From Octopus vulgaris (Eukaryota), in the NCBI GenBank assembly GCA_951406725.2, contig OX597826.1:17670001-17734000 (forward strand): 64,000 nucleotides of DNA. Direction: 5' to 3'. The position numbers and the translations under genes are program-made. The notes beneath the pieces are model-generated. The model saw nothing but the letters and a program-made list of their open reading frames with translations. It searched no databases and was not told the origin of the DNA. This document shows, one piece after another, positions 39,361 through 52,280 of the stretch. Position 1 is the stretch's first letter. Every line of letters begins with the position of its first letter.

Positions 39361-40532
39361 TTTGATATAAATGCTGAAAAGAAAATTACAACATAAATGA
39401 AAATGATGAATTTTTTTTAGACAATAAGAAATTTGTTTTCATCTTGGTGAACAGTCAATATAAATAGCAACAACATCATCGAAAAAAGTCCATTGAAAAC
39501 TATTTGAGCTGGCTAAGAAGAGGAAACTAAAGCAGAAGTAGGAAGCCAGGAAGTGGAATGTTACTTCACACAACTTTTTGTTGTTCAATGATGAAAATAT
39601 GCTGAAGTGTGCAGTTAGAGATTATGAATCTAATGAGCTGTGTGACATCTATTCTTTACACGAGCTAACTGCAGAAATGGATTGGAAGTGGACCACACCG
39701 GACAATGTATGCTGTCTGTTGATCCGTTCGAAATGAAGAACTGTAGAACCGCTAATTTCAAAGGAAGGATTTCCAAATGTTCGGAGTATCAGAGATGACA
39801 AGATGGTCAGGTTGGAAATTACCTAAATACTAAAGAGTAAAAAGAATACGCACGCTTTAAGTGCGAAAATCTTACACAAACTCGAAAACCTGTTTGTCTT
39901 TCATTGTTACCCACTTAACGCCATCCACTGCTACTTAGGTAATAAGTTTCGTGTTATTCGGATACTTGCTAAAAACATCTGCCAGTAGTGAAAGCTTAAG
40001 CCATCCAAGTGTATTTGTATTAATATTATCTTTGGAATCGTAAGAAATCTGTTGCCGAATAGTTAATTCCAGCACAAATACTAAATTTATCACTGTAAAT
40101 GCAATTAACTTGTTGATTTGATCCAATCTTCGATTACAGCAGGTGCTTTATATATATATATGGTTTTACACTCCACAATTATTTTTACATACCTTTCTCT
40201 TATTAATTATCAATAGTCATATCATTGTATAATATATTATAACTATTACTACTATAAATTAAAGAAAACGTTAAGGCTAATCCCATGTGTATTCCTTTTT
40301 TACTTGCGGATTAGTTTGTCAAGGTATTTATTACTTGTTAGAAGCAGCACGTTGACAGCCCTTTAAATACTTCATAATTATTATGGGTTTAATGTAATTA
40401 CTTTTCGAATATGATTATGCTTCACGTTTAATATATATTTAACGTATCAACAATGCTTGAGAATTTATTTAGTTGATTGTATAATATATAACTGTGCTCG
40501 TCATATATATATATATTACCAATATGTGTTTA

Positions 40533-40921
40533 ATGGACTTTATCTCGCGTCTTCTTCAAAGCTCATCTCCTCGACGCACCAGTCGCCGTATTGTCCCCAA
40601 TCACACTATAAACAAACGACTTTCCGATAAAGACCACCCAAATCATGCTTATAAAACCAACAGAATAAAAACTACCAAATATAGCATTTTAACGTTTATA
40701 CCTAAAAATCTTTTTGAACAGTTCCACCGTTTAGCTAACATTTTTTTCATACTTGTGGTGATTCTAAATTGGATTCCACAGGTACAGGCTTTCGGTAAAG
40801 AAATAGCCATGGTACCTGTGATATTTGTTCTTGGAGTAACTGCTGTTAAAGATATATTTGAAGATTTCCGGAGAGGATTATCAGACAGACAGATCAACCA
40901 GAAAACGTGTCGAGTTTTGCG
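40533..40921 (+). CDS. ATP10: P4-type phospholipid-transporting ATPase, ATP10 class, first conserved coding exon
   Basis: NRIKTTKYSILTFIPKNLFEQFHRLANIFF...NWIPQVQAFGKE...KDIFEDFRR is typical of ATP10A/B/D. Phase-2 donor CG|GTATGT at 40921/40922. The 5' end is uncertain: ATG at 40533, or a splice acceptor ...cttcttcaaag| before 40562. Confidence 0.9.
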
Positions 40922-42108
40922 GTATGTAATTAATTTGCTCTTTAATTTATTATATTTTTTAAAGTGTTTACAAGTGTCGTTGCATTATTACTGAAATTTT
41001 CTTTACTGTATCTCACCACTTCTGAAAGATTTTACCACATGCTAAAATAACAAATATTGGGTAAATTTCTTTCTCTATTGTCGACGCCGTGCCTTCACCG
41101 ACACCTTGGTCACCTGTGATAATTGGTTACCACTGGCTACCAGTGACTGTTTATCAGTGACAATTAGCTCGCTGCACAAGTCGGAATTCTGTAAATCCAG
41201 TGAGAAGTGTGTATGTGGTGGGACTTTCAGCCAACTTGAAAACTTAGAGGAGTACGAGAAATTGTATGAATGCCAAAAAGGAAAATAAATAAATAAATAA
41301 GGATTTTAAAATTAAAACAAATGAAGAAAATAATCAATAGCATTGCCTTATCACAGAACTATTTAGTTTCTTATGTTCCACATTCTTGGCAATGAATTAC
41401 CTACCTATGATAGGCAATGAATTATCTATGATACCTATGAATTTTCTTCTAAAGGGTAAAAACATTTTTTATGCTATATGATATTAAGAAACTGCAAATG
41501 TCACACTTTTTAACCGACCGATCTCTTTTGTATACTTTAATATATGCCTTATATAAATGAAATATTTAATTCTGGGATAAGGTATTCCAGACGTGTTATA
41601 TTTATATATCATTTTACCGGCAAATAGCTGATTCATCATCGTTTAATTAGGACAGCAGATTATTTATTTCACGTTAACTTTTCTGCCTTATTTCTCAGCT
41701 GAGTCAATATGACAAGCGCTCAAGTATCAAGTAGGCTCAAGCGTTCAACGTATCAAGTAGGCTCAAGCATGGCTGTGGTAAAATGTTCGCTTCATAACCT
41801 CGTGGTTCTAGGTTCGATGTGTCATCTATTATAGTTTATTGTTGGAATTTGGTAGACGCCTTTGTGTGTATATGAGTGTTTTTGCATCGTGCCCCTATAT
41901 TCCTTAACCTAGCAACTGGACAATTAACGATCAATAAAATAAATGCCTGACTGAAATAAGTAGCTGGATCTCGATGTGATCGATCATTGATTGGAGACGG
42001 ATTCGCAGTAGCCTTGAATCATTGGACGATAGTTCAATGAATGAAACCAGCAAAAACCAGAAATGAAATTTGTGATATCATGTACCGAATTTTCTTAGTA
42101 CAAACTCT

Positions 42109-42512
42109 GGATCTTTTCGGTTTGAACGGCAGTTTTTAACATAATTTCTAGGTAACTAAACAATTTTAAACTTCGTATACTGGTAGAATGTGTTTATAAA
42201 ACATCTTTTTCTCTTGGCTTTATTGAGAAAATTCTATGGTTTGTAAGATATTTGTTGTTGTTTTTTTCTGCAATTTCAACCAATCACTGACGTCTATTGA
42301 GGTAAAAAACATTTTGTGCCGTATGAATATGTCCCTCGTTTAAGAAACAGATTGGGTTTATTTACATTTGTGAAGAAAAAAAATATACCCTTCACCCCAC
42401 CCTAACCCTAAAACAGATTGAAATGCAATAGATCGATACTAGGGTCATAATTATGGGTGACAATTTCATATGACACCACTAGAAAAAACTGCCGTTCAAA
42501 CCGAAAAGATCC
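42109..42512. mobile_element. MITE, Merlin-like (GG...CC ends, 8-bp TSD)
   Basis: Perfect 29-bp TIR GGATCTTTTCGGTTTGAACGGCAGTTTTT; TSD CAAACTCT at 42101-42108 and 42513-42520. Confidence 0.9.
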
Positions 42513-42739
42513 CAAACTCTTATTCTGAACCTAGTCTATATACTTCTCTGCTTGTCAATTTAAAAGACTCTGAATTGTTATATTATTCAATCCATGTCAA
42601 ACACTGTTGTACGGAATATACACTGTACATGTCTAAATTTCATTAACCAGAAAATATCTTATGAAACTCTAAGAGCCATTTTCTTTCCTTGGAGTCAACC
42701 CCAATTCCTTGATTTGTAGCTTCGTTATATATAGATATT

Positions 42740-42950
42740 GGTTTCAAATTTTGGCATAAGGCCAGCAATTTTGAGGGACGAAGTCGATTGCAACAACCCG
42801 AGTACTCAACTGATACTTATTTTTATTGACCCCGAAAGAATGAAAGTTAATGCTGACCTTCATAGTATTTGAACTCATAACGCAAAGACAGGTGAAATGG
42901 TGCAAAATATTTTACCCAGCGTGCTAACGATTCTGCCAGTTTGCCACAAT
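42740..42950 (-). mobile_element. SINE family B
   Basis: Reverse complement of the family B head and body. Confidence 0.7.
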
Positions 42951-43027
42951 GTGTGCATATGTGTGTGTGTATACACACACACATTCCTGACGTATAGTTC
43001 AAAGGTCGTGTTTCACCACCTAAAGTA

Positions 43028-43260
43028 CGAAGGTGGTTAAGCATGACCTTCGAACTTTAGGTCTCACCGAGGAAATGACTAGAGACCGAGACCTTTGGAA
43101 GTATTCTGTGCGTGAGAAGACCCGGCAAGACAAGTGAGACCATAACCCGTGGCCTCTACCTGGGATGTAGCCAGTCCACTTATGCATACCTTTCCTTCTT
43201 GGAACACAAAACTCTACTTGTGAAGACTTGTTGGGGCAAGTGAAAATCAAAATCAAAATA
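43028..43260 (+). mobile_element. RTE 3' end, variant ending in (AAAATC)n
   Basis: End of RT C-terminus plus 3'UTR; second copy at 43898-44046. Confidence 0.7.
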
Positions 43261-43271
43261 TATACATGATA

Positions 43272-43482
43272 TACTCTTTTACTCTTTTACTTGTTTCAGT
43301 CATTTGACTGTGGCCATGCTGGAGCACCACCTTTAGTCGAGCAAATTGACCCCGGGACTTATTCTTTGTAAGCTCAGTACTTATTCTATCGGTCTCTTTT
43401 GCCGAACCACTAAGTGATGGAGACGTAAACACACCAGCATCGGTTGTTATGCAATGCTAGGGGTACAAACACAGACACACAA

Positions 43483-43515
<33 letters not shown>

Positions 43516-43720
43516 CATATATACTTATACTTTGATAGGTTTCGCCATTATTGACAGGCTTGACAGGCTTTCAGTTTCCGTCTACCAAATCCACTCACAA
43601 GGCATTGGTCGGCCCGGGGCTATAGCAGAAGACACTTGCCCAAGATGCTACGCAGTGGGACTGAACCCAGAACCATGTGGTTGGTTAGCAAGCTACTTAC
43701 CACACAGCCACTCCTGCGCC
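43272..43720 (-). mobile_element. SINE family A, full length
   Basis: Head GGCGCAGGAGTGGCTGTGTGG...GGTTCAGTCCC on the minus strand. Confidence 0.88.
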
Positions 43721-43758
43721 TATATGTATATATATATGACATATGTATATATATATGA

Positions 43759-43808
<50 letters not shown>

Positions 43809-43897
43809 ATTTATAATACAAAGTAAGATAGGGGTTATGGGTGTAACCCACTATGGGATAGTATTTATCCAATATACTGCTGGTGAAGTACCCAGAT

Positions 43898-44147
43898 GGA
43901 AGTTATGCTGTGCGTGAGAAGATCCGGCAGGACAAGTGGCCTCTACCTGGGATGTAGCCAGTCCACTTATGCATATCTTTCCTTCTTGGGACACAAAACT
44001 CTACTTGTGAAGACCTGTTGAAGCAAGTGAAAATCAAAATCAAAATATATACATGATATATGTATATATATATATGATATATGTATATATATATGATATA
44101 TATATATATATGACATATGTATATATATATGATATATATATATATGA
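43898..44147 (+). mobile_element. Short RTE 3' insertion with a 62-bp flanking duplication
   Basis: Direct repeats at 43836-43897 and 44148-44209. Confidence 0.7.
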
Positions 44148-44494
44148 TATGGGTGTAACCCACTATGGGATATCAATTATCCAATATACTGTTGGTAAAG
44201 TACCCAGATTCTTAATACATAAATGTTTTTAATTGCAATGCAATTAACTCACTTATTGTATTAAATGGGTGAAGGTAAAGAAATACTTTTACTGTAAATT
44301 TATAATACAAATAAGAAAATGGAGAAACAAGTTTAGTTTGTTCATCAACTTTCGGATATTAGAACGTTGGATTATTTATTCATTCAATAAAATGAGAACC
44401 TCAATATTATACATATATATCATATAATTCAATACATATAAGATAATAATACAAGTTATAAAAATCAATACAAATTATTGAAATCATTAAAATC

Positions 44495-44611
44495 ACTTCT
44501 TACAGCTGTTTCAGCCTATGGCTAAAAGTAGTTATTTTTATTGCCTATATTTGTCAACATAATGATGTTGCAGGCATTTAATATGGTACTTATATATATA
44601 ACCATAGGCCC

Positions 44612-44612
<1 letters not shown>
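44495..44612 (-). ncRNA. Truncated hammerhead-ribozyme-like motif (Penelope pLTR type)
   Basis: Minus strand GGCCTATGGTTA...TAGCCATAGGCT-GAAAC-AGCT-GTA; the CUGAUGA box is not intact. Confidence 0.4.
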
Positions 44613-44616
<4 letters not shown>

Positions 44617-44688
<72 letters not shown>

Positions 44689-44765
44689 GTATATTGGAGC
44701 ATATAAACACATCTATGCTTATGACCAGATAAATAATAGTCAATTATTAATAATAATAATATTAA

Positions 44766-44803
<38 letters not shown>

Positions 44804-44982
44804 ATTGTTATTATTACTATTATGTATATCAATAATAACAATATTATAACATGTCTATGCTTATGACCAGATGAATAACAATCAACTATTAATAATAATG
44901 CTGTTATTATCAATATATATGTGTGTGTGTGTATATATATATGTATATTATATAGATGATATGTGTATGACATATATACGTG

Positions 44983-45013
<31 letters not shown>

Positions 45014-45030
45014 GTACATGACATGTATGT
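44617..45030. repeat. (TA)n, (TAA/TTA)n and (TG)n low-complexity block
   Basis: Directly visible. Confidence 0.95.
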
Positions 45031-45162
45031 GTGTGTGTACACTGACATTACACATCTAGCGTATTATGCTAGCTTCATTTCTTTCAAGCCTACGCATGTC
45101 TTCAGCAGTAATGGCCCATGTTTCACTGCCATGTAGCATGGCGGTTTGCACACATAATTCAT

Positions 45163-47504
45163 TCAGATTGCCAGAAGGGATGCTATGAAACAAGTACATC
45201 TAGCCAAGGGAGAAGCAGAAAAGAAGTTTGCCTATTTTCAGCGATGTGAGGACCAAAGAACTGAAGTGTTTTGGATTGCAAGACAGTGTGCGAGAGAGAA
45301 TCGTGATGTCATAGGAGAGAAATGTGTCTGTATGGATGATAGTGTACTTGCATGTAGTGATTCTGCAAAGAAAGAGGCTTGGAAATGACATTATGAAAGA
45401 CCACTGAATGTTATGAACGAATGGGAGAAAGAGAGGCTGCCAAATGTAGACCCAACTGAGAGACCAGCTATCCAAATCGACAGTAGCCTGGTAGATAAAG
45501 CAATTAAAGATATGAAGACAGAAATCACTGTTGAGATGCTTAAAATATCTGGCAGTGTGGGTTATGGTCTAGTCACCCATATTGTAAATCAGGTGGTTCA
45601 CAAAGGAGTTATACCCAATGACTGGTGTAGCAGCACTATAGTCAAAAGGTAAAAAGAGGTGCCTTAGGCTGAAATAATTACAGAGATATCAAATTACTGG
45701 ATCAGGTGATGACAGTTATGGAGAGAGTCAAAGCCCAACTGATTAGGGAGAGAGTTAGCTTAGATGTGATGGAGTTTGATTTTGCTTCAGGTAGAAGGAC
45801 CACTAATGCTATATTTCTTGGAAGGCAGCCGCAGGAGAAATGCATAGCCGAAAATAACCTCTGTACTTGACCTTTGTTGACTTGGAAAAAGCCTTTTTCA
45901 GGGTCTCCAATTCCCTTATCTGGTGGTCAATGTGGAAACTAGGGAAAGATGAGTGGTTGGTGAGAGCTGTACAAGCTATGTATGGGGATGCTGCCAGTAA
46001 AGTGAGGGTTGGCATTGAGTACAGCAAAGAATTCAGGGTACAAGTAGGAGTTCACCAAGGATCAGTCCTCAGCCACCTCTTGTTCATTATAGTCCTCCAG
46101 GCAATAGCTGAGAAATTCAAAACAGGCTGCCCCTGGGAGCTCCTCTATGCTAATGACCTTACTCTTATAGCTGAATCACTATCTGAAAAAGAGAAGTTCC
46201 AGGTATGGAAGCAAGGTCAAGAATAAAAGGGCCTTAGAGTTAACCTAGTAAAAACCAAATACTTAGTGAGTAGAAAGGCAGACAAATCACAAATCCCTTC
46301 AGCTAGATGGCCCTGCTCAATCTGTAGTAAAAGTGTAGGTAGAAACTCCATAAGATGCACCTGGTGTAAGCTTTGGACAAAATAAAAGGTGCAGCAATAT
46401 CAGAGGAAGGTTAACAAAGAAAGTAGCTTTTGTATGTGGAAGACGCACTGGTACAATAAATGCTGAAAATGTGCAGAAAATAGACTCCATCAGCTGCCAA
46501 TAGGGTAAGGTAGAAGTGGTAGACAGCTTCCGTTATCTAGGTGACCAAGTTAGTAGTGGAGGTGGTTGCTCCAAGAGCGTTGCTGCGAGAACAAGATTAG
46601 GCTGGGCAAAGTTCAGAGAGCTCCTACCACTGCTGGCAACAAAGGGCCTCTCTCAGAGTGAAAGGCAGATTGTTTGATGTTTGTGTGCAAACAGCTATGC
46701 TGTATGGTAGTGAAACATGGGCTATGACAGCTAAAGACATGCTTTGGCTTGAAAGAAATGAAGCCAGTATGCTTTGCTGGACGTACAATGTCAGTGTGCA
46801 TGTTCAACAGAGTGTAAGCATCTTGAGAGAAAAGTTAGGCATAAGAAACATCAGATGTGGTGTGCAAGAGAGATAACTTTGCTGGTATGGTCATGTGATG
46901 CATGTGGATGAGGACAGCTGTGTAAAGAAGTGCTGATCTCTAACTGTGGAGGGAAACTGTGGTAGAGGTAGACCCAGGAAGATGTGGGATGAGGTGGTGA
47001 AGCATGATCCTTGAACTTTGAGCCTCACAGAGGCAATGACTAGTGATCAAGATCTTTGGTGATGTGCTGTGCTTGAGAGAACCAATCAAGCCAAGGGAAA
47101 TCATAGCTGTGGTAACTGGCACCGTGCTGGTGGCACATAAAGAACACCTTTTGAGCGTTGGGCCTCACGGAGGCAAAGTGGCTGAGTTCCTTTTGACTTT
47201 TGGCATTATGTTGTGCTTGAGAAGAAGACGCATCAAGCCAAGCAAAATTGCAGTCATGGCTGATACTGGTGTCATGCAAATTGCATCTGTGCCAGTAGAA
47301 TGTAAAAGCACCCTGGTGTCATGCAAATAGCACCCCTGCTAGTGGCATGAAAAAGCACCCATTACACTCTCAAGAGTGGTTGGTGGTAGGAAAGGCATCC
47401 ATGCCAAATCAGACTGGAGTCTGGTGTAGCCTTCCAGCTTGCCAGCCCAGTCAGACCGTCCAACCCATGCCAGCATGGACAATGGACGTTAAATGATGAT
47501 GATG
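45163..47504 (+). mobile_element. RTE-clade LINE, 5'-truncated and decayed
   Basis: FVDLEKAF, VGVHQGSVLSHLLF, ELLYAND, FRYLGD, AMLYGSETW, RGRPRK; 3'UTR and (GAT)n tail. Confidence 0.93.
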
Positions 47505-49680
47505 AAAGTGCAATAGACAGGGGAAAGCAACTGGTTAGAAAGCTAATTAATTTGCAGTAATTATGTGAATACTGTAGTATTTTGGAGCAAAATGCTGTCA
47601 TAGTATATTGTAAAAGATTGGGAGTAAAATATTCTTTTGTTTGTTTCTCTGAACCATTTTCTGAACTGCTAAGTTGTAGTAATTCCAGGTGTATCAGTTT
47701 TCTCAGACTGGTTTGTCAGCATCTTTGTTAAGTGGTTAGTGTTATGAAGGTCATGCAGCCATAAAAATCATTACGTCAAAAAGGGAATGAATAAGCAAGA
47801 CGTGGTCCTCCATTTCCTGTAGAAGGCAATGACTTGGACTATCAACTGACTCAGAGCTTTTACTCAGACACTAACTCCAAATATGACTTGACTCAGCAGG
47901 GCAAGTGGACATAAAATCTTAGTAATGAACGAGGCTCTTCTACTCTGAGAGCTTTTCTTTTTTTTTTTACTTCCTCCTGAGATGTTTATTAGTATTCATA
48001 GGTTTAAACTTCTGCTTTTGATTATTCTCTCTCAGTCATTTGTCTTGGGTCTTTTTGTGAATGTGGACAAACATGCTCCAGTTTATGATAGCCATGACTG
48101 TATTTCATTAAAAAAAAAGGGGGGGGGGTGAACCAGTAACTTTCATATTTCATGTCACAGCTTAGTTATTATGGTTGAATGTTTCTTTCTGTTAATTGCT
48201 TGTTATTTTGTGATTGTATTTTGTTAAATTTCTTTTGGATTGGTATTGTTATTTGTACAGTTAACATAAAACCTAACGTTTTGCTTTTGCTCTACCAGGT
48301 TTTTTTATTGCTTACTTCCTTGCTGTTGAGTTTTGCAGGATATTGATCATAGCCCGTGTTATCTCTCTACCTTTACTAGATGTTTTGGTTTATCTTTTTT
48401 ACGACATTTTCTATTGTTATGCTTTTTTATCTAAACCATTTTTCTCCAATGCAATTAGCTCCTAGTGTATACTTCATTGCATATAAAGGTTGTTTTCCGT
48501 GTGTCTTTTCAGTTTATCCTTCCTTGTTTCTGAATATTTTTCTAGAAATTGTTTAATTGTAACATACTCTATATTTTGGCAGAACTTTTTCCTTCTTGTG
48601 CACACAATGTTATACTATATCAACTACAGTTTGGGATACAAACAAGTAAATCATTAGCTTTCCTTTCTCAGCTGTTACAATCCATTTTTCTTCCTATATA
48701 TTATATTGAATCTATAATTTATAAATGGGATGACCAGTGTATTTGTGCTGATTATTTGTTTTTTAAAATTAAACTGAAATTTTTAGTGTTTTATTCTGAC
48801 TTTGCAGTTGTACTTTTTATAATTGTTCCCTTCATTGATTTTATCTCCTCCTCCATATGGACAATTCTGATCTAATTCTATGACTTTACTGTCTAGATCT
48901 AACTTGAGGGTAGTTTTGACATAGTTGTCAAAATTCCTGTTACTGTTGAATTTATTCAGTTTCTAGCAGGTTCTAAATTCTCACTGTATTTTATAGTTTG
49001 ACCCTTAGGATTGATAGAGCAGACTTATGATCCAGTCGTAATCATCATATATTTTATTCAGACAGTGCTTATCCTTTCAGGTTGGGAGGGTGTGGTTTGT
49101 GAGAGATTTAGCTGCTATTTCTAGCAAATTCCACTGCCAAAATTGGAGCACTTTTGTTAAATTACCCTTGTTATAGTAGCCATTAGTAGTTTGATTGCAT
49201 AGATTTGTTAATGGAATCAAAGTTAGACAGAAAATGAGGATAAAGAAAATTCTTACAGGGATATGGCTGGTTTTTATTCTTTCCTTATCATGCAGTGTTA
49301 ACTTTTTCATTTTGGGATGATGTGCTTATAATATTGGGGGCTGCTTAGTTTGTGTATAGTTTTGTTTATCCACAAGTATGGTGTGATGTAGGAGGCTTTT
49401 ATCCTCAGTCCACACCATATCTAGATTTTTGTTTGTTTTTTTTTTTTTTTCTCATTTTGCTCCCTTAAAATTCTAGCTTTGTTTACAAATAGCTGTTTTA
49501 TAGATTCATAAAAACATCTCCAAAGCCATTTCTGTTTCTATAGTAAGATATTAATTTCCAGATAATCTACCAACTTTGTCGGAGATTATAAATGACAGGG
49601 TTTTGTATTGTTGGTAAAAAGGTTATTAGGCTATCAGTTTCAAGTTCTTGGTGTTTTTATTTTGAGGAGAATAATATTAA

Positions 49681-49898
49681 CTCTTTAGCATTTAAACTGG
49701 CCATATTTGGCCCAAATATTTTATGTTTATCATTCAAACTGATTAGATCTGACTTCTCACACCAACCCTACAATGTCATTCTAAAAGTAAACCATCACTT
49801 CATTGAAATATTGAAGCTACAAGATAACGCATGATAAATCCAAAACAGTGTGAATAATTAAGTATTACATTTGATAGACTAATTTGAATGCTAAACGG
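49681..49898. mobile_element. piggyBac-like MITE
   Basis: Same family as 5524-5736; TTAA on the left. Confidence 0.7.
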
Positions 49899-50259
49899 TT
49901 GATATTGGTTCATGTACACAGGTTAAATGTCTAACTGGAATTGATGACTTTATCAATTCTGAAAGGTTATGATTCTTGAGGTTGGTAAATTACTTTCTAG
50001 TTTTATTATGCCATGTTTGTGGTTACTTTATTTCTCTGCCATTCTTTGCTAATTCCTCATGCATCCCTATTATGAAGTACTTTATTTTATTCCTTTTCCC
50101 AGTGTATTTGTATTTATGTTGTCATTAGTGTACACTGCAGTGTAATGTAGTTTTATTAATGAATCTTTTAATGTGTCTTTTGTTACTAATCCTAATTTTA
50201 TCCTTGGTTCTTTTATGGTTGGTAAAATGAGTACCAGTCAAGAACTGAGGTCAGCTTGA

Positions 50260-50482
50260 CCCTTTTGTTACCATATTTCTGTTGAAAATACTCTACCTTT
50301 GTTTCAATTAATTTAGAATATAATGAAGAATTTAGCAAAGTAACTTAGTTATTATTAATTTGGTGTTTACAACATAAATTAACCAGAAATTTTGGTTGAT
50401 GGTCCTAATTTAGATCTTTTTAAAACATGAGTTTTCTATCATACAACTGGGGGCAGTCTCAGGCAGGTTGGTGTAAGAAGGG
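50260..50482. mobile_element. piggyBac-like MITE, second family
   Basis: CCCTT...AAGGG termini with TTAA on the right. Confidence 0.5.
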
Positions 50483-50664
50483 TTAATAGACTATGTCCTG
50501 CAAAATGTGTGGCCCTATGCCTGTTTTGAAATCATTATAAGTACTAATACAGAGCCTATTGTTTTACAAATGGAATTAATAATATTCTGCTTCATTGGAA
50601 TATAATTTTTTTTTTTTTAATGACAATAAAATGCATATCTTATTTTTTTACTTTTGAAAGCTTA

Positions 50665-52280
50665 GTTAATAGAATAAGAACAGGTTGGGAAAACTTCAGA
50701 GAGCCTTTGTTGGTAAGAAAGGGTTTTTCCCTCAGAGTGAAAGGCTGATTGTATGATGCCTGTGTATGGACAGCTATGCTGCATGGTTATGAAACTTGGG
50801 CTCTGACTGCAGAGGATATGTGAAGGCTTGAAAGAAATGAAGTCAGCATGGGTGTGCAATGTCAGTGTGCATATACAACAGAGTGTTAATGTTTCAAGTA
50901 AAAAATTGGATATAAAAGGCATCAGATGTAGTGTTCATGAGAAAAGACTGCATTCGTATGCTCATGTGATGCATATAAGTAAGGACAGTTGCATAAGGAA
51001 TTGCCAATCTCTAATTGTGGAGGGAATCTGTGGAAGAGGTGAGATGAAGTGGTGAGAAATGATCTTCAGATGTTGTGTCTCACAGAGGAGACGACAAGAG
51101 ACTGAGACTTCTGGTGATTTGCAGTGCTTGAGAAGTCAAGTCAAGCTAAGTAAAGTCGTGCCCATCCATACATACAGATATGTCCTTTACAGCCATCTCC
51201 ACCTCCACACACATGCACACATAATCTGCCCTCTCTCAAAACTCACCTACAACCCTATCTTCACAACCACCCCCATTCCACTACTCGTGGTCACCAACTA
51301 CTGCAGGCTCCTCCACTCTAACATATCTACCATACCCCACATCCAGCCACTCCAATTTCTCTGACCATCACTTGCTACAGTCACCTCTTTCCCCCGTCTC
51401 TGAACATTTCCTGTCACACTCTCATCTCATGAAATATCCCCTTCTATCCCCTCTGTACCACTTATACTCCCCCCCATGTTCCCTGTGGGTAGGTCCTGAT
51501 GCACCTCCAACACCATCTCTTTCTCTCTCTCCCCCTCTCTCTCTCTGACTGCCTTTCTATCTTTTTCTCTGTTTCTCCTTCCTCTGGTAGCCAAGTATTT
51601 GCTCTTCAGTAAGATACCTATCTCTCGGGATCCCCTTCGGTCATGGCACTGACCATGGGATTGCACCTAGAAAGTTACCCTCCTAGTCACAAGTCTGGGC
51701 AAGGTTGTTTATGGAAGACCAGCAGTCACCCATGAATACCGGCCTCCCCTCTCCACGCTACCGATGTCATCCAAGGGAAAGGCAAAGGGGCCGATACAGC
51801 TTGGCACCCGTGACGTCACAACTCATTTCTACAGCTGAGTTAACTGGAGCAACGTGAAATAAAGTGTCTTGCTCAAGAACACAACACGCAGCCCGGTCCG
51901 GGATTCGAGCTCACAACCTCACGATCATAAGCTCGACACTCTAACCGCTGAGCCATGCGCCTTCACTATCTCTATCCTTCTATTATACTCTCACCTCTCA
52001 CCTGGCACAAAGCCACTACCCTTAGTTCCCCTCCATCTCCAAATTGAGATGTCTTCATCTTGCAAGTCACTTGGTGACCCCACTGGTGTTGGTGCCATGT
52101 AAAAAGCACCCAGTACACTCTGTTAAGGGGTTGGAATTAGAAAGGGCATCCCCCCATTTAAACTTTGCCAAAGCAGACATTGGAGCCTGATGCAGCTCTT
52201 TGGCTTACCAGCTCCTATCAAACTATCCAATCCATATCAGCATGGAAAATGGATGTTACATGATGATAATGATGAGGATG
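50665..52280 (+). mobile_element. RTE 3' portion (ORF end, long 3'UTR, tail) carrying a SINE insertion
   Basis: AMLHGYETW and ICGRG remnants; pyrimidine-rich UTR; GAT-like tail. Confidence 0.75.
51626..51966 (-). mobile_element. SINE family C, full length, with TSD
   Basis: tRNA-like head GTGAAGGCGCATGGCTCAGCGG...GCTCGAATCCC; TSD TATCTCT at 51619-51625 and 51967-51973. Confidence 0.85.

Noticed and set aside
39599-39810. Upstream ATP10 coding exon (for example MFGVSEMTR with a phase-2 donor)
   Set aside because: The phase would fit the 40562 acceptor, but the donor is weak and there is no homology support.
41711-41770. ~27-bp tandem duplication
   Set aside because: Ordinary local duplication next to a decayed SINE head.
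43454-45059. ORFs rich in YIYI/HTHT
   Set aside because: Translations of (TA)n and (CA)n microsatellites.
45040-45165. Twin-priming 5' inversion of the adjacent RTE
   Set aside because: The inverted piece duplicates a region still present downstream and is clearly diverged from it, so it is a separate copy.
51890-51966. tRNA gene
   Set aside because: It is the tRNA-derived head of a SINE: it continues into a repeat body and is bounded by a TSD. The same applies to the family A and B heads.
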